64,000 bases of DNA, from positions 72,295-136,294 of IMG/VR virus record IMGVR_UViG_3300023440_000001; one strand, 5' to 3'. Below are positions 18,684-28,416 of the stretch, in pieces. The notes under the pieces were generated by a model. The model was not told where the DNA came from, did no database searches, and worked only from the letters and a program-made list of their open reading frames with translations. The stretch is from a virus. Numbering within the stretch: position 1 is the first letter of the stretch; the number at the start of each line of letters is the position of its first letter. Made by a program: the position numbers and the translations under genes.

Positions 18684-19871
18684 ATGGACTTCAGTAGTGT
18701 ATTCAAAAGAGATTACCGATCCTTTGCTCTGGGCATGTTCTCTGATATTATACAGGAAGAACTGCAACAGAATGGTAAAGTAAACGTTCTGGATCTCCCA
18801 TCCAGCAATCTTATCCGGGAGTTGCGTTACTGGACAGATGTTGTCGGGCTAACCATTAATCACTATGTAGCTTTCGAGATAAATGACGAGATTGAAAAGG
18901 AGATTATCAAGCAGAAGCATGTTGCTCGCCAGTATATAAATAGTGATCAGGTAGCCCAAATACTGGTGAACCCTTATGACTCTCAGGTGCCCGGTAAGGA
19001 CCGTCTTCCTAAAGGTGTGCGCTTGCCAATGAAGGACATCATGGATCTTCGCGAGCGCCGAAGTCGGAAGCGCTTTACCATTCTCAACTTTGATTTGTGT
19101 GGCGCCCTGGGCGTCGGTGAAATGGGTATTATTGCTGATATATGTAGTATCCATGCTACCGATAAGTTTGTACTTCTGATTACTTCATCATTGCGTACCC
19201 GAGGCGGACTGGAAGTCATTGATCGTCTGTTTACTAATATGAAGGATGTTTTGTTACCCGCAGCTGGTATCGAAGTGATCCGGACTTATGGCCCAAAGAC
19301 ATACCAGGGCGGTACCGACGGTAATAACGGTACCCCGATGGTATTCTATGCATTGGCCTGTGAGAAGGCCATTAAGAATTGTCGAAGCCTGGATGTTCCT
19401 GATAATAAACCAGACGTGAGGATTACTCTATCAGACGATAATGATCGTGAATCTACCGTTGAAGATCGAAGTAATGCTAAAACGGATTTAGCAGATATTA
19501 TATCAAAGCTCCCATCATTGGAGTCGGTACCACCAATTCCAGATGAACTCCAGAACTTCATTCCCAGGAGGTATAATCTTATCTGGACTCTGAATTGGTT
19601 GAAGGATAATCCATACTATACTGGTCAGCATTTAATGAAGTTGTTGAAGACAGATGATGTTAAGTATGTTAGCTCTCTAATTCGTCGGCTTCGCCGTCAG
19701 GGATTGATTTCAGACTCTTCTCGTGCACTGTCTAAGGAGCTATTTGATTTGAATGGTAATAAAGCGAAAGCAGGTAAGGGTGGCTTTCGTATATCCTATG
19801 CCGAGTTAACCAGTAAGGGTCACTTACTTTTAGAGCAGTTTAAAAGTGCTTTGGATTACTTTACAGAATAA
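18684..19871 (+). CDS. SAM-methyltransferase-like N-terminal domain plus C-terminal winged-helix-like domain
   Basis: VLDLP, YVAFEIN, ILNFDLCG strands in Rossmann-MTase order; C-terminal LRRQGLI...ELTSKG..LL wHTH pattern. Confidence 0.5.
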   Translation: MDFSSVFKRDYRSFALGMFSDIIQEELQQNGKVNVLDLPSSNLIRELRYWTDVVGLTINHYVAFEINDEIEKEIIKQKHVARQYINSDQVAQILVNPYDSQVPGKDRLPKGVRLPMKDIMDLRERRSRKRFTILNFDLCGALGVGEMGIIADICSIHATDKFVLLITSSLRTRGGLEVIDRLFTNMKDVLLPAAGIEVIRTYGPKTYQGGTDGNNGTPMVFYALACEKAIKNCRSLDVPDNKPDVRITLSDDNDRESTVEDRSNAKTDLADIISKLPSLESVPPIPDELQNFIPRRYNLIWTLNWLKDNPYYTGQHLMKLLKTDDVKYVSSLIRRLRRQGLISDSSRALSKELFDLNGNKAKAGKGGFRISYAELTSKGHLLLEQFKSALDYFTE

Positions 19872-19886
19872 CATCAGGAGGTGTTT

Positions 19887-20729
19887 ATGAGTCATCCGCT
19901 TTTTGTGAAAGGTTACTTCAAATCTATTCCTCTTAATATGTTGGATAACTCTGATAACCGTGATATCAATGATAACAATATCAAGAAGTTGCTTCAAGAC
20001 TTGCTTAATGGTGGTAAGTTAATTGAGCGACCGATTGTCCGATTTAATCCCAAGATAGGTAAGTATAAAATCGAAGATGGTGGTCATCGTGTTGCACTGG
20101 TAGAATGGTTTAACGTCCTGCGTCCAGAACATGCTGTTAGCGATATTGAGTGCTTTGTTATCACTGATGATGAAGTACCAACTGAATATGTTCAGGAAAA
20201 GACTTACTCCCGGAAGAATCCTACTCTGGAAGAAGTCTTGTGCCGCCCTGCGGTTCATAATCTGGATATATTGCTAGATATTCATAAGTTCTTAATTGCC
20301 AAAGGCTTTTACAATCTCTTATCGAATCGTAGCTCAACTATTATCAAGCACTTTGGTCGGTTAACAACTAAGCTTATTCTGTATTCTAATGGGCAGTTAA
20401 CGAATAAGCTTGGTGAGATCAAGGAGCTGGTTAGTAAATACAATGAAGATGCTTTATGGAGCTCTGCACAACAATTACTTGCAGTATTCAACTCCATTAA
20501 AGATGCTCCCGTCTTTCATAATAGTCGTGTTAATCGTATTCACTATCAGATCATAGCTTATGCTATGTCTATTGCTCCGATGGATTTCATTACCAAAGTG
20601 TATTATAGTTTAGATTATCTGGCCGATCATGGTCATGGTCTCAGTCGTTTAGCTCCTGCCTGGCAAGAGCAGGTAGAAGTTGCTTCAAGATATAATAGAG
20701 AGGTAGCTCTCTTTGTTGAGGCAGTGTAG
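19887..20729 (+). CDS. ParB/DGQHR-like N-terminal domain protein
   Basis: NRDINDNNIKKL...PIV...YKIEDGGHR. Confidence 0.7.
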   Translation: MSHPLFVKGYFKSIPLNMLDNSDNRDINDNNIKKLLQDLLNGGKLIERPIVRFNPKIGKYKIEDGGHRVALVEWFNVLRPEHAVSDIECFVITDDEVPTEYVQEKTYSRKNPTLEEVLCRPAVHNLDILLDIHKFLIAKGFYNLLSNRSSTIIKHFGRLTTKLILYSNGQLTNKLGEIKELVSKYNEDALWSSAQQLLAVFNSIKDAPVFHNSRVNRIHYQIIAYAMSIAPMDFITKVYYSLDYLADHGHGLSRLAPAWQEQVEVASRYNREVALFVEAV

Positions 20730-20791
20730 ACTCCCAGTCTACACTGCCACTTTCTATTCACTCCCTGTGACATATCTATTCATGCTATATT
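20720..20791 (+). promoter_or_regulatory. conserved phage intergenic element, copy 2 (13-bp perfect inverted repeat)
   Basis: GGCAGTGTAGACT-CCC-AGTCTACACTGCC; TTCACTCCCT at 20757; TATATT 20786-20791. Confidence 0.82.
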
Positions 20792-20825
20792 CTCCATCGT
20801 ATGTAAACAATGGAGGAAGCGTTCT

Positions 20826-21017
20826 ATGGTTTATACAGTTAAGTGTGCCAGCTGTGGTAAGACGTCTGATGTCTTCGTTCATACCTATGATGCTAGACTG
20901 ACCTGTCCGAACTGTGGTAGCGAGTCTGTTACCAGGCAATTCGGTCAGCCGGGTCTAATATTCAAAGGCGAAGGCTTCTATGTAACGGATTACAAACGGA
21001 AGGGTAAAGAACGGTGA
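20826..21017 (+). CDS. FmdB-family zinc-ribbon protein
   Basis: CASC...CPNC, FKGEGFYVTDY. Confidence 0.85.
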   Translation: MVYTVKCASCGKTSDVFVHTYDARLTCPNCGSESVTRQFGQPGLIFKGEGFYVTDYKRKGKER

Positions 21018-21298
21018 TCTATATTATCACCAACAACTATCAATCTGCCAAAGCGTTCGCTTATTCCCGAAACTGGGCACTGAACAGTTATCGAATTATA
21101 ACAACCGAGACAGAGTTACATGGGCTAAAGTTTGATAAGTCAGATGAATTCTATGTAGTTGAGGTGCCGGATCAGGAGCCAATTAGTCCCGGCGTCTTTC
21201 TCCGTTTACAGTTTGAAATGGAGAAGATCAAGTCTGAATTGGATTTGCTTTCTGATTTGAAGGAGAATGTGGGAGCGGAAGACGACTTCGTTATTTAA
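21014..21298 (+). CDS. hypothetical protein
   Basis: GTGA overlap with upstream gene. Confidence 0.55.
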   Translation: MIYIITNNYQSAKAFAYSRNWALNSYRIITTETELHGLKFDKSDEFYVVEVPDQEPISPGVFLRLQFEMEKIKSELDLLSDLKENVGAEDDFVI

Positions 21299-21313
21299 TA
21301 GAGGAGGATACTC

Positions 21314-21658
21314 ATGGCAGTATTTGATCTGAGAACTATCTATTCCGGTAAGATCGAAGTTACCCGGAAGGAGCTAAAGGACATCAACAGAATCAGTCGT
21401 CAGGTTCACGACAACATCAAGGAAGTGTTCCTTGCTTTTCTGGAGAATCGTGAACAGGACTATGTAAGGCAGAAGATTGCAGAGCTGGCCGTTCATGAAG
21501 CTGAATTGTCCAGTCTGGAAACCGAGATGCTTGGTAGTAATACCGACTCGATAGTAATCGAGAAGGTAAAGATGACTCTGAGTGCTGTCCGAAGAGCACA
21601 ACAACGGCTGGAGAGAATCCTGAGCTCTCTGCAAAACGAAGCTAATAACGCAACCTAA
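21314..21658 (+). CDS. coiled-coil hypothetical protein
   Basis: SD GAGGAGG; TAATG coupling to polymerase. Confidence 0.65.
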   Translation: MAVFDLRTIYSGKIEVTRKELKDINRISRQVHDNIKEVFLAFLENREQDYVRQKIAELAVHEAELSSLETEMLGSNTDSIVIEKVKMTLSAVRRAQQRLERILSSLQNEANNAT

Positions 21659-24480
21659 TGGGAGTGTCTGCGATGAACTGGCAAGTAAACGATTCCAGTA
21701 AGCTGCGAGCGTTTCGAGAGAGTTTGACTGAGTGCTACTTATGCCCCCTTTACTCTGAACTGGGAAAGACTGCTGGCAGTGCCAAAGGTCTGGCCCCGGT
21801 CGTGAGTAGAGGAGAAGGTCGGGTTATGTTTATTGGTATGGCACCTTCTAATGTAGAACATAACACTGGCAAACCATTTGGTGAGGCACTTGGTGAGACG
21901 TTGGCAGAACTGATGAAGAAGCATGTGGGCCTGTTGATTGATGTGGATACATATATGACCAACCTGATCAAGTGTAATCCTTATACCAAACCGACGAATA
22001 TGAAACGTGGTCATATGCGGAACTGTTCGATTCACCTGGGAAAGGAACTGGAACTGGTGGACCCGGTAATTGTGGTGTTCATGGGTAAGGATATCTTTAA
22101 TGCTATTGGCTACGCAGATGAGCTTCCTGGTATTGGAGTGCCTTTCCAGGGAACGCTCTTTGGTAAGAAGCGCTGGATGTACGTAATGAATAATCCCGGT
22201 GTGATTACCAAGAGTATGTCCCAGCGAAAGAGCTTTATTACTCAGCTGCGTAATCTTGCCAGGTGGTTGAAAGAGCACACGACCTTTTATCAGGATAAAG
22301 GCATGGCACCACCAGAGTTCGTGGAGTATGCCGAGCCCAGATATGTGCTGATAAATACCATTGAAAAGGCCCGCAACATGGTCAAATGGTTTAAACGCAG
22401 CGGTGCTAAATACATGGCTCTGGATACCGAAACTACCGGGCTGAATCTGTTTGACCCGAAATGGTACGTGGTTGGTGTGTCACTGTCCATTGATGAACGA
22501 GTTGGTTATTATCTACCCATTGGTCATCGTAGTCGTCCCAGCTCGCTGATTAAGAAGGATATTCAGCAGTTGACTAAAGAAGAGCTGAAGAAGATACTGG
22601 AGTACCTGCTCTTCGATCTAAAGCTCATCCCGATCTTTCATAACTACGCCTATGATTATCGGGTGTTGAAAAAGCTGGATATTCAGGTGGATAAGCTGGA
22701 TCCGGATAACAGTATCTGGTATCATGATACCATGATCCTGAGTTACCTGGAGAACGAGAACGACACGCTGGGCTTAAAAGACCTGACCTTTCGGCATTTC
22801 GGTATCCAGGCGGACAAGTTTAAAGACGTGGCTGAACATAGTAAGTTTCAGTACGTGGATCTGGAAAAGGCCACTGCTTATGCTGCGGCTGATGCAGTAA
22901 ATACACTGCGTCTGTTCAACCGGGCACGTAAGGTTGTTCATAAGGAAAGCATCACCAAGACCGGTGGAAAGCTGCTGGAACGTATCTATCCGGTTGAGTT
23001 GAAGACTGCCCGTATCATGGCCGATGCAATTGATCTCGGTCTGGCTATTGATCTCGATTATCTGAAAGCGTTAAGACTCCGTCTGCTGAAGGAAGAGCGC
23101 GAGTTATATGATAAACTGGATAGCTTCAATAACATTATTGATCACAGCAGCACCTATCAGCTGGACAAGTTAATGGGAAGTCTGTTGGATAATGCGTCCC
23201 GACAGAGTTATGAAGATCAGTACGGCTGGGCGGCTGACGAAGATCATCTGAAAACACTGCGAGACTTTGTGAAGAAGTCCTATGAATCCAGTAAGTTCCG
23301 CTGGACACCCGAGAAGCTCGATGACTATATCAAGACACTCCTGGTCTGGCGTCGAGTCAATAAGATGCTCAGTACCTACGTAGACGCTCTGATCGAGAAG
23401 CATGTGGTAGATGAAAGTGGTACCCCAATCATTCACGGTTCCTTTAAGACAATCGGAACCACCAGCGGTCGCATGTCTTCTCAGGATCCCAACCTGCAGA
23501 ACCTGCCACGGGAAGCGCCCAAACCACCTAAGGTCTGTCAATACTGTGGTCATGAGACTGTTACTCTGGTAGATGGCTCCGGCCATGAGACGGTTGTCAA
23601 TTGGTATGACAGCGTGGATTCTACCGGCGGTGTTTTCACCTGTGCCAAATGCGGTAAGCAAACTTCTAACTATCAGGTGGACATTCGGCGCGCTTTCGTG
23701 GCCAGACCGAATAAATGCTTTCTAACTTGTGATTGGGATGCGATGGAGCTTAAGGTCGCTGCTGCTGTCTCAGGTGATAAACGCCTATTGGAAATCATGG
23801 AAGGGCAGGTGAGAGAACCTGATAATCCTAACTATGACATGCACCGGGTAACAGCAGCCGGAATCTTCGGGTGCAAACCAGAAGAAGTGACTAAGGAACA
23901 GAGGCAGGCGGCTAAACCGGTAGGATTTGGATGTCTCTATCTTATAACCGAAGTTGGTCTGGCTAATAACCTGCGCACCATGGCCGGTATTGAAGTTACC
24001 GTAGAAGAAGCCAAAGAGTGGATCAAGAACTTCTTTGACACCTATCCAGGTCTACTCGAGAACTGGATCCATCCCGGCCGTTGGAAGCTGAAAACCGAAG
24101 GGTATATCACCCATCCCTATGGTCGTATCAGACGTGTGTCACGAGATCCGTCTGAAGCAGAGATCCGTAGTGCCTTGAACTTTACCATTCAGGGATGGTG
24201 CGCTTCCATCATGAAAGAATCGCTGGTCAAAATCGATGAAGCTTTTCAGGGCGATCCGGGGATCAATATCGTTACTGTTATTCATGATGAAATCGTTGTA
24301 GAGTGTCCCATAGAAAAGGCTCCGGAAGTCGCTCAGGTGGTGAAAGAAGCTATGAACATTAAGATCAAAGATAAGGCTGAAGTTCAACTGACGGCGACCC
24401 CGGAGATCAAGTTTAATCTGAGTAAGGCAGCCAAGACCTATTCGGTTGAAGAGTTTGAGAAAGCGTTCTTGAAGAAGTAG
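21658..24480 (+). CDS. polA: family A DNA polymerase with N-terminal UDG-like domain, 3'-5' exonuclease and zinc-ribbon insertion
   Basis: ExoI DTETTG, ExoII HNYAYD, ExoIII YAAADA; TTSGRMSSQDPNLQNLP; motif A DWDAMELK; motif B RQAAKPVGFGCLY; motif C IHDE. Confidence 0.95.
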   Translation: MGVSAMNWQVNDSSKLRAFRESLTECYLCPLYSELGKTAGSAKGLAPVVSRGEGRVMFIGMAPSNVEHNTGKPFGEALGETLAELMKKHVGLLIDVDTYMTNLIKCNPYTKPTNMKRGHMRNCSIHLGKELELVDPVIVVFMGKDIFNAIGYADELPGIGVPFQGTLFGKKRWMYVMNNPGVITKSMSQRKSFITQLRNLARWLKEHTTFYQDKGMAPPEFVEYAEPRYVLINTIEKARNMVKWFKRSGAKYMALDTETTGLNLFDPKWYVVGVSLSIDERVGYYLPIGHRSRPSSLIKKDIQQLTKEELKKILEYLLFDLKLIPIFHNYAYDYRVLKKLDIQVDKLDPDNSIWYHDTMILSYLENENDTLGLKDLTFRHFGIQADKFKDVAEHSKFQYVDLEKATAYAAADAVNTLRLFNRARKVVHKESITKTGGKLLERIYPVELKTARIMADAIDLGLAIDLDYLKALRLRLLKEERELYDKLDSFNNIIDHSSTYQLDKLMGSLLDNASRQSYEDQYGWAADEDHLKTLRDFVKKSYESSKFRWTPEKLDDYIKTLLVWRRVNKMLSTYVDALIEKHVVDESGTPIIHGSFKTIGTTSGRMSSQDPNLQNLPREAPKPPKVCQYCGHETVTLVDGSGHETVVNWYDSVDSTGGVFTCAKCGKQTSNYQVDIRRAFVARPNKCFLTCDWDAMELKVAAAVSGDKRLLEIMEGQVREPDNPNYDMHRVTAAGIFGCKPEEVTKEQRQAAKPVGFGCLYLITEVGLANNLRTMAGIEVTVEEAKEWIKNFFDTYPGLLENWIHPGRWKLKTEGYITHPYGRIRRVSRDPSEAEIRSALNFTIQGWCASIMKESLVKIDEAFQGDPGINIVTVIHDEIVVECPIEKAPEVAQVVKEAMNIKIKDKAEVQLTATPEIKFNLSKAAKTYSVEEFEKAFLKK

Positions 24481-24537
24481 ACTATTAGATATGATCCTAA
24501 CATAGGTTTGTGTCTACTGATCGAAATCTGATTCACC
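24476..24537 (+). promoter_or_regulatory. degenerate copy of the conserved intergenic element
   Basis: AGTAGAC and GTCTACT arms 29 nt apart, then exactly 14 nt from GTCTAC to TTCACC (24532). Confidence 0.45.
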
Positions 24538-24558
24538 TTTTGCTATGAAGGGTATGCT

Positions 24559-26004
24559 ATGGCAGCAAGATCTTATGATGAATTATCCAGAGATGATCTT
24601 ATTGATATTATAAATAGACTTAAACGTCGCAAGAGGTATGGATTGGTATGGGAGGAAGAGAAAGTACAGGAAAGGTTTGATGAGGAAGCTCGAAACGCTT
24701 ATCCGATTTTAAAGGCTGTAGAAGAAAGGGATGTCTTAACTAATCCAAAAGAACCGGTGAACCTTTTAATTGAAGGTGATAACCTACATACATTAAGTGT
24801 ATTAAACTACACTCATCAAGGTAGTATAGACATCATCTACATCGACCCACCCTATAACACCGGCAACAAAGACTTCAAATACAACGACCATTGGGCAGAC
24901 AAAGAAGATGTATACCGCCATTCCAAGTGGCTTTCATTTATGAAACCCCGCTTACAACTAGCCCGCAACTTACTCAAAGATACCGGCGTCATCTTTGTTT
25001 CTATTGACGACAACGAGTTCGCTCAATTGAAATTGTTAATGGATGAGGTATTTGAGGAATCAAACTATATTACAACTCAGATTTGGGTTAAGAATGCAAT
25101 TAAGAACAATGTTAGAACATTGAGTGTGGTACATGAGTATATACTTACGTACGCTAGGAGTAAGTCTTCTCTCGTTACTAAAGGTTCGGCATTTGCGGTA
25201 TCTAAACCTGGTATTAATGAGGTATTTCGTCTTCGAGATGATTTCCTCCATGAAGATCTGACTCTATACGAAAGTCCACATAAAGAACTTGAACAGCGTC
25301 TAAGGAAGTTCTATAGGTCTAATAAGCATCTTAAGGGTATTAGTCATTACAAGTTTGTTGAACCTGAAACCCTCAGGATTTATGCTATTGACAACATCTC
25401 CGCCCCAGGTGGTAATGGTAAGCAATATGATATTATTCACCCAGTTACTGGTAAGCCTTGTAAACGACCTGCTGGCGGCTACCGCTTTACTGAAAAGACA
25501 ATGAGAGAACTATTGTCTACAAACCAAATCCACTTTGGTAAGGATGAGACCACAGTACCGCGCTTCAAGCGCTATCTTGATACTGTAGAAATGGAGGTAC
25601 CTAAGTCTGTTATTAATAATAATGATGATGGAACTAGAGAACTGCAATCAATACTTAATGAAACATCGTTTTCATATCCTAAACCTACTTCACTTATTAA
25701 GTACCTAATCCAAGTCACTAATAATCCCAATGCCATCGTCCTCGACTTCTTCGCCGGTTCAGGTACCACGGGCCACGCCGTCCTTCAGCTGAATAAAGAA
25801 GACGGCGGTAACCGTCAATTCATACTCGTTACCAATAACGAAAACAACATCTGCACAGACGTATGCTACCCCCGCATTCAGAAAGTCATTCACGGCTATA
25901 CTACCCCAAAGGGCAAAGAAGTTCCTGGCCTGGGTGGTAATCTAAAGTATTATAGAGTTGGGCTTGTTGCTAAGTTGTCTAATTCAGATGAGATGAAAGT
26001 ATAA
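24559..26004 (+). CDS. orphan adenine DNA methyltransferase, type III Mod-like (beta class)
   Basis: IEGDNL, IYIDPPYN, SIDDNE, PKP, LDFFAGSGTTGHAV; no Res subunit adjacent. Confidence 0.93.
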   Translation: MAARSYDELSRDDLIDIINRLKRRKRYGLVWEEEKVQERFDEEARNAYPILKAVEERDVLTNPKEPVNLLIEGDNLHTLSVLNYTHQGSIDIIYIDPPYNTGNKDFKYNDHWADKEDVYRHSKWLSFMKPRLQLARNLLKDTGVIFVSIDDNEFAQLKLLMDEVFEESNYITTQIWVKNAIKNNVRTLSVVHEYILTYARSKSSLVTKGSAFAVSKPGINEVFRLRDDFLHEDLTLYESPHKELEQRLRKFYRSNKHLKGISHYKFVEPETLRIYAIDNISAPGGNGKQYDIIHPVTGKPCKRPAGGYRFTEKTMRELLSTNQIHFGKDETTVPRFKRYLDTVEMEVPKSVINNNDDGTRELQSILNETSFSYPKPTSLIKYLIQVTNNPNAIVLDFFAGSGTTGHAVLQLNKEDGGNRQFILVTNNENNICTDVCYPRIQKVIHGYTTPKGKEVPGLGGNLKYYRVGLVAKLSNSDEMKV

Positions 26005-26252
26005 ATGTCATATATGTGTGTTTCGGTGCTATGCATTCATAGGACTATACTTAATGAGACAGTTGATGACTACTGGTACTTATATTAAAGATCTGGTCGT
26101 CTTCCCGATACATTCCTGTGGCCAGCAGGCAATCAGCGGTTTGGAATTGATTCGCCAGTTAATTGTAGATCTGGGAAAGGTTCTGCATCAGTTAATATTA
26201 ATTGTAAGAAGTGAACATTAGGGTACTTAACTTAATTAATAGGGAGACAGAA

Positions 26253-26519
26253 ATGCATATTACATTTGATGAGTTCATTAAGTATTATCGGCCTATTAAG
26301 AACCCGTTTAATAGTAGTGCTTCTATTGATGGTTATATGTTTGAGTCCTATGGAGATGAGCTGGTGTTTGTTCAGCTAATTGACGACAGACATATCTGGT
26401 CGGTTATTGATGAGGATGGAATAACTTATATCTGTCCAGGTTATCATATTGTCAACCGGCTTGGTTACATTATAACTCTTTCTCCATGTGTAATCGATGT
26501 AGAAGTTGATCTAGATTAA
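26253..26519 (+). CDS. hypothetical phage protein
   Basis: SD GGGAG; FESYGDE and GYHIVNRLGY motifs of a common small phage family. Confidence 0.65.
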   Translation: MHITFDEFIKYYRPIKNPFNSSASIDGYMFESYGDELVFVQLIDDRHIWSVIDEDGITYICPGYHIVNRLGYIITLSPCVIDVEVDLD

Positions 26520-26589
26520 GTTGGATTATATTGTGTCCTACTGTTGAGTAGGTATATTAACTTAACATTAATAATAAGGAGTAATTACT

Positions 26590-27015
26590 ATGGCTGATTG
26601 GTTCGGAACAGCTCGTTCTAACTACTTTGAAGTTAATGATCCGGAGAAGTTCGAAGCCTTCTGTGAGAAGTGGGATTTGGAACCCAATTCTGCTATAATT
26701 GAAGGTAAGAAACTGTATATGTTTATTGCTGACACCTATAATGGTGGTCTACCCAGCTCATTATACGTTGAGGATGAGGATGGAGAGATCGTTGAAGAGT
26801 TGTACTTCAAGGACTTTCTTAGGGAGCTGACTACTCACTTAAAGCCCGGGTATGTTGCTATTCTGATTGAAGTGGGTAACGAAGCACTTCGTTATCTTAC
26901 AGGTAGTGCGGTTGCTATTAATCATAAAGGTGAATCAATCTCAATTGATTTGACAAGTGCAATTCTTAAGGAAGCGGAGAAGCTTGGTGAAATCGTTACC
27001 CCACCTGAGTATTAA
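26590..27015 (+). CDS. hypothetical phage protein
   Basis: SD TAAGGAG; ARSNYF...EVGNEALRYL. Confidence 0.7.
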   Translation: MADWFGTARSNYFEVNDPEKFEAFCEKWDLEPNSAIIEGKKLYMFIADTYNGGLPSSLYVEDEDGEIVEELYFKDFLRELTTHLKPGYVAILIEVGNEALRYLTGSAVAINHKGESISIDLTSAILKEAEKLGEIVTPPEY

Positions 27016-27036
27016 TACTAATACCCGGAGTAGGTT

Positions 27037-27774
27037 ATGTCTTCATTGCACTATATATCCATTCTTGCCGGTGGCAGCTGTCCTAAAGGCTGCCACTTCT
27101 GTGTAGGTCGTGGGATAAGAGATGAAGAACAGCCACCACACTTTGCCGACATTCATCTTATCACAGACTTTCTGGAAGCCATGCGAGAGCGGACCGATGA
27201 GTTCTCCATATCTGGCAGTACTTCGGATCCACTTTACCTGGATAAAGAATCCTATGAGAATGTTCTGATTCCAATAATCATCTATGCCAAGCAACTCGGG
27301 TATCGAGTATCGCTGCACACCGTTGTGGTTTCCAGGAAGAAGTTTGATGATCTGTTCTATTTTAATGTAGACGAGATATGTGTATCAATTCACGACTACG
27401 ATGAAGCAAAGGCAGAGATCATCAATTCTTATGCACCACAGTACCGAGATCGCTTTCGTATCTCTAGTGTCTGTCATAATGGGAATCGGGCCATCTTTGA
27501 AACGCCCGCTTTCTTCGAACTCTACGATGTGTCACGTTTTACCATCAGGCGTAATATCTTTGATCCGGACATGCCGGACCCGGTGATCCCATTCTATCGG
27601 TTGTATGCAAAGACGGACTTTGGACAGAAATGGTACCTGACACCCAAAGAGCAGGTAATCGCTCTGTGGGACTTTACGAAAGCGAATGAACATATCAATG
27701 CCCTGTACCTGTGGTCGGATGGTCGTATTAAACAGCAGTGTTACTGGTATACAATTCATGAGTTATCTGAGTAG
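27037..27774 (+). CDS. radical SAM domain protein
   Basis: CxxxCxxC (CPKGCHFC), SISG..SDP, VSIH. Confidence 0.8.
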   Translation: MSSLHYISILAGGSCPKGCHFCVGRGIRDEEQPPHFADIHLITDFLEAMRERTDEFSISGSTSDPLYLDKESYENVLIPIIIYAKQLGYRVSLHTVVVSRKKFDDLFYFNVDEICVSIHDYDEAKAEIINSYAPQYRDRFRISSVCHNGNRAIFETPAFFELYDVSRFTIRRNIFDPDMPDPVIPFYRLYAKTDFGQKWYLTPKEQVIALWDFTKANEHINALYLWSDGRIKQQCYWYTIHELSE

Positions 27775-27783
27775 GAGTTTGTT

Positions 27784-28218
27784 ATGGACATCAAGCGAAT
27801 AGAAGCATGGATGGAATATGTGCATCAGTTGGCCTTTAAAGGTACAAAGCGGGAAGGCTTTTTCCCTGCTTTTAAGGATCAGGCTGAGGTTTTCGATACG
27901 GTTGATATTGTTCGCAGTAAGGAGTTACGTGACAACTATCTGTTGCGACCCCGTTACTGCTTTTATAACTGTCAGATGACCGTTTTGGAAACTCATTATA
28001 ACTATCAGTATTACGAGGGATACGCATTAAACTCAATTGGTCTGCCAATCCATCACGCCTGGTTAGTCGGTGATGGTTCTGTTATTGATCCGACCTGGGA
28101 AGAACCCGGTCAGATTTACTATGGCATTCATATCCCCCGGGAGTATATCCGTAAGGTTATCCTGGAGGAAGAGTTTGCCCGGGATCTGATGTTTGACTAC
28201 TTACTGCAGGAGGTGTAG
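27784..28218 (+). CDS. transglutaminase/papain-like fold protein
   Basis: CFYN, HAW, IDPT give a Cys-His-Asp triad pattern. Confidence 0.6.
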   Translation: MDIKRIEAWMEYVHQLAFKGTKREGFFPAFKDQAEVFDTVDIVRSKELRDNYLLRPRYCFYNCQMTVLETHYNYQYYEGYALNSIGLPIHHAWLVGDGSVIDPTWEEPGQIYYGIHIPREYIRKVILEEEFARDLMFDYLLQEV

Positions 28219-28416
28219 ATGGCGTACTGTCAGATGTGTGGTATTGAAATACCCGACGGTCAATCGGTCTGTTCCATGTGTTACGGAGACCCGTACTACG
28301 GTAGTGATGGGTACTATCTGGAACAGATGATGATCGCTCTGGAGAAGGAGTTTGAGGAGGAACAGCTGATGTATGAGCTTTCACAACAAAAAGAGAAGGA
28401 GAGGAAAGCGTCATGA
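28219..28416 (+). CDS. small Cys-rich protein
   Basis: CQMC...CSMC; SD AGGAGG. Confidence 0.65.
   Translation: MAYCQMCGIEIPDGQSVCSMCYGDPYYGSDGYYLEQMMIALEKEFEEEQLMYELSQQKEKERKAS

Noticed and set aside
26018-26221. Short ORF after the methyltransferase as a Res remnant
   Set aside because: No helicase or nuclease motifs and no RBS
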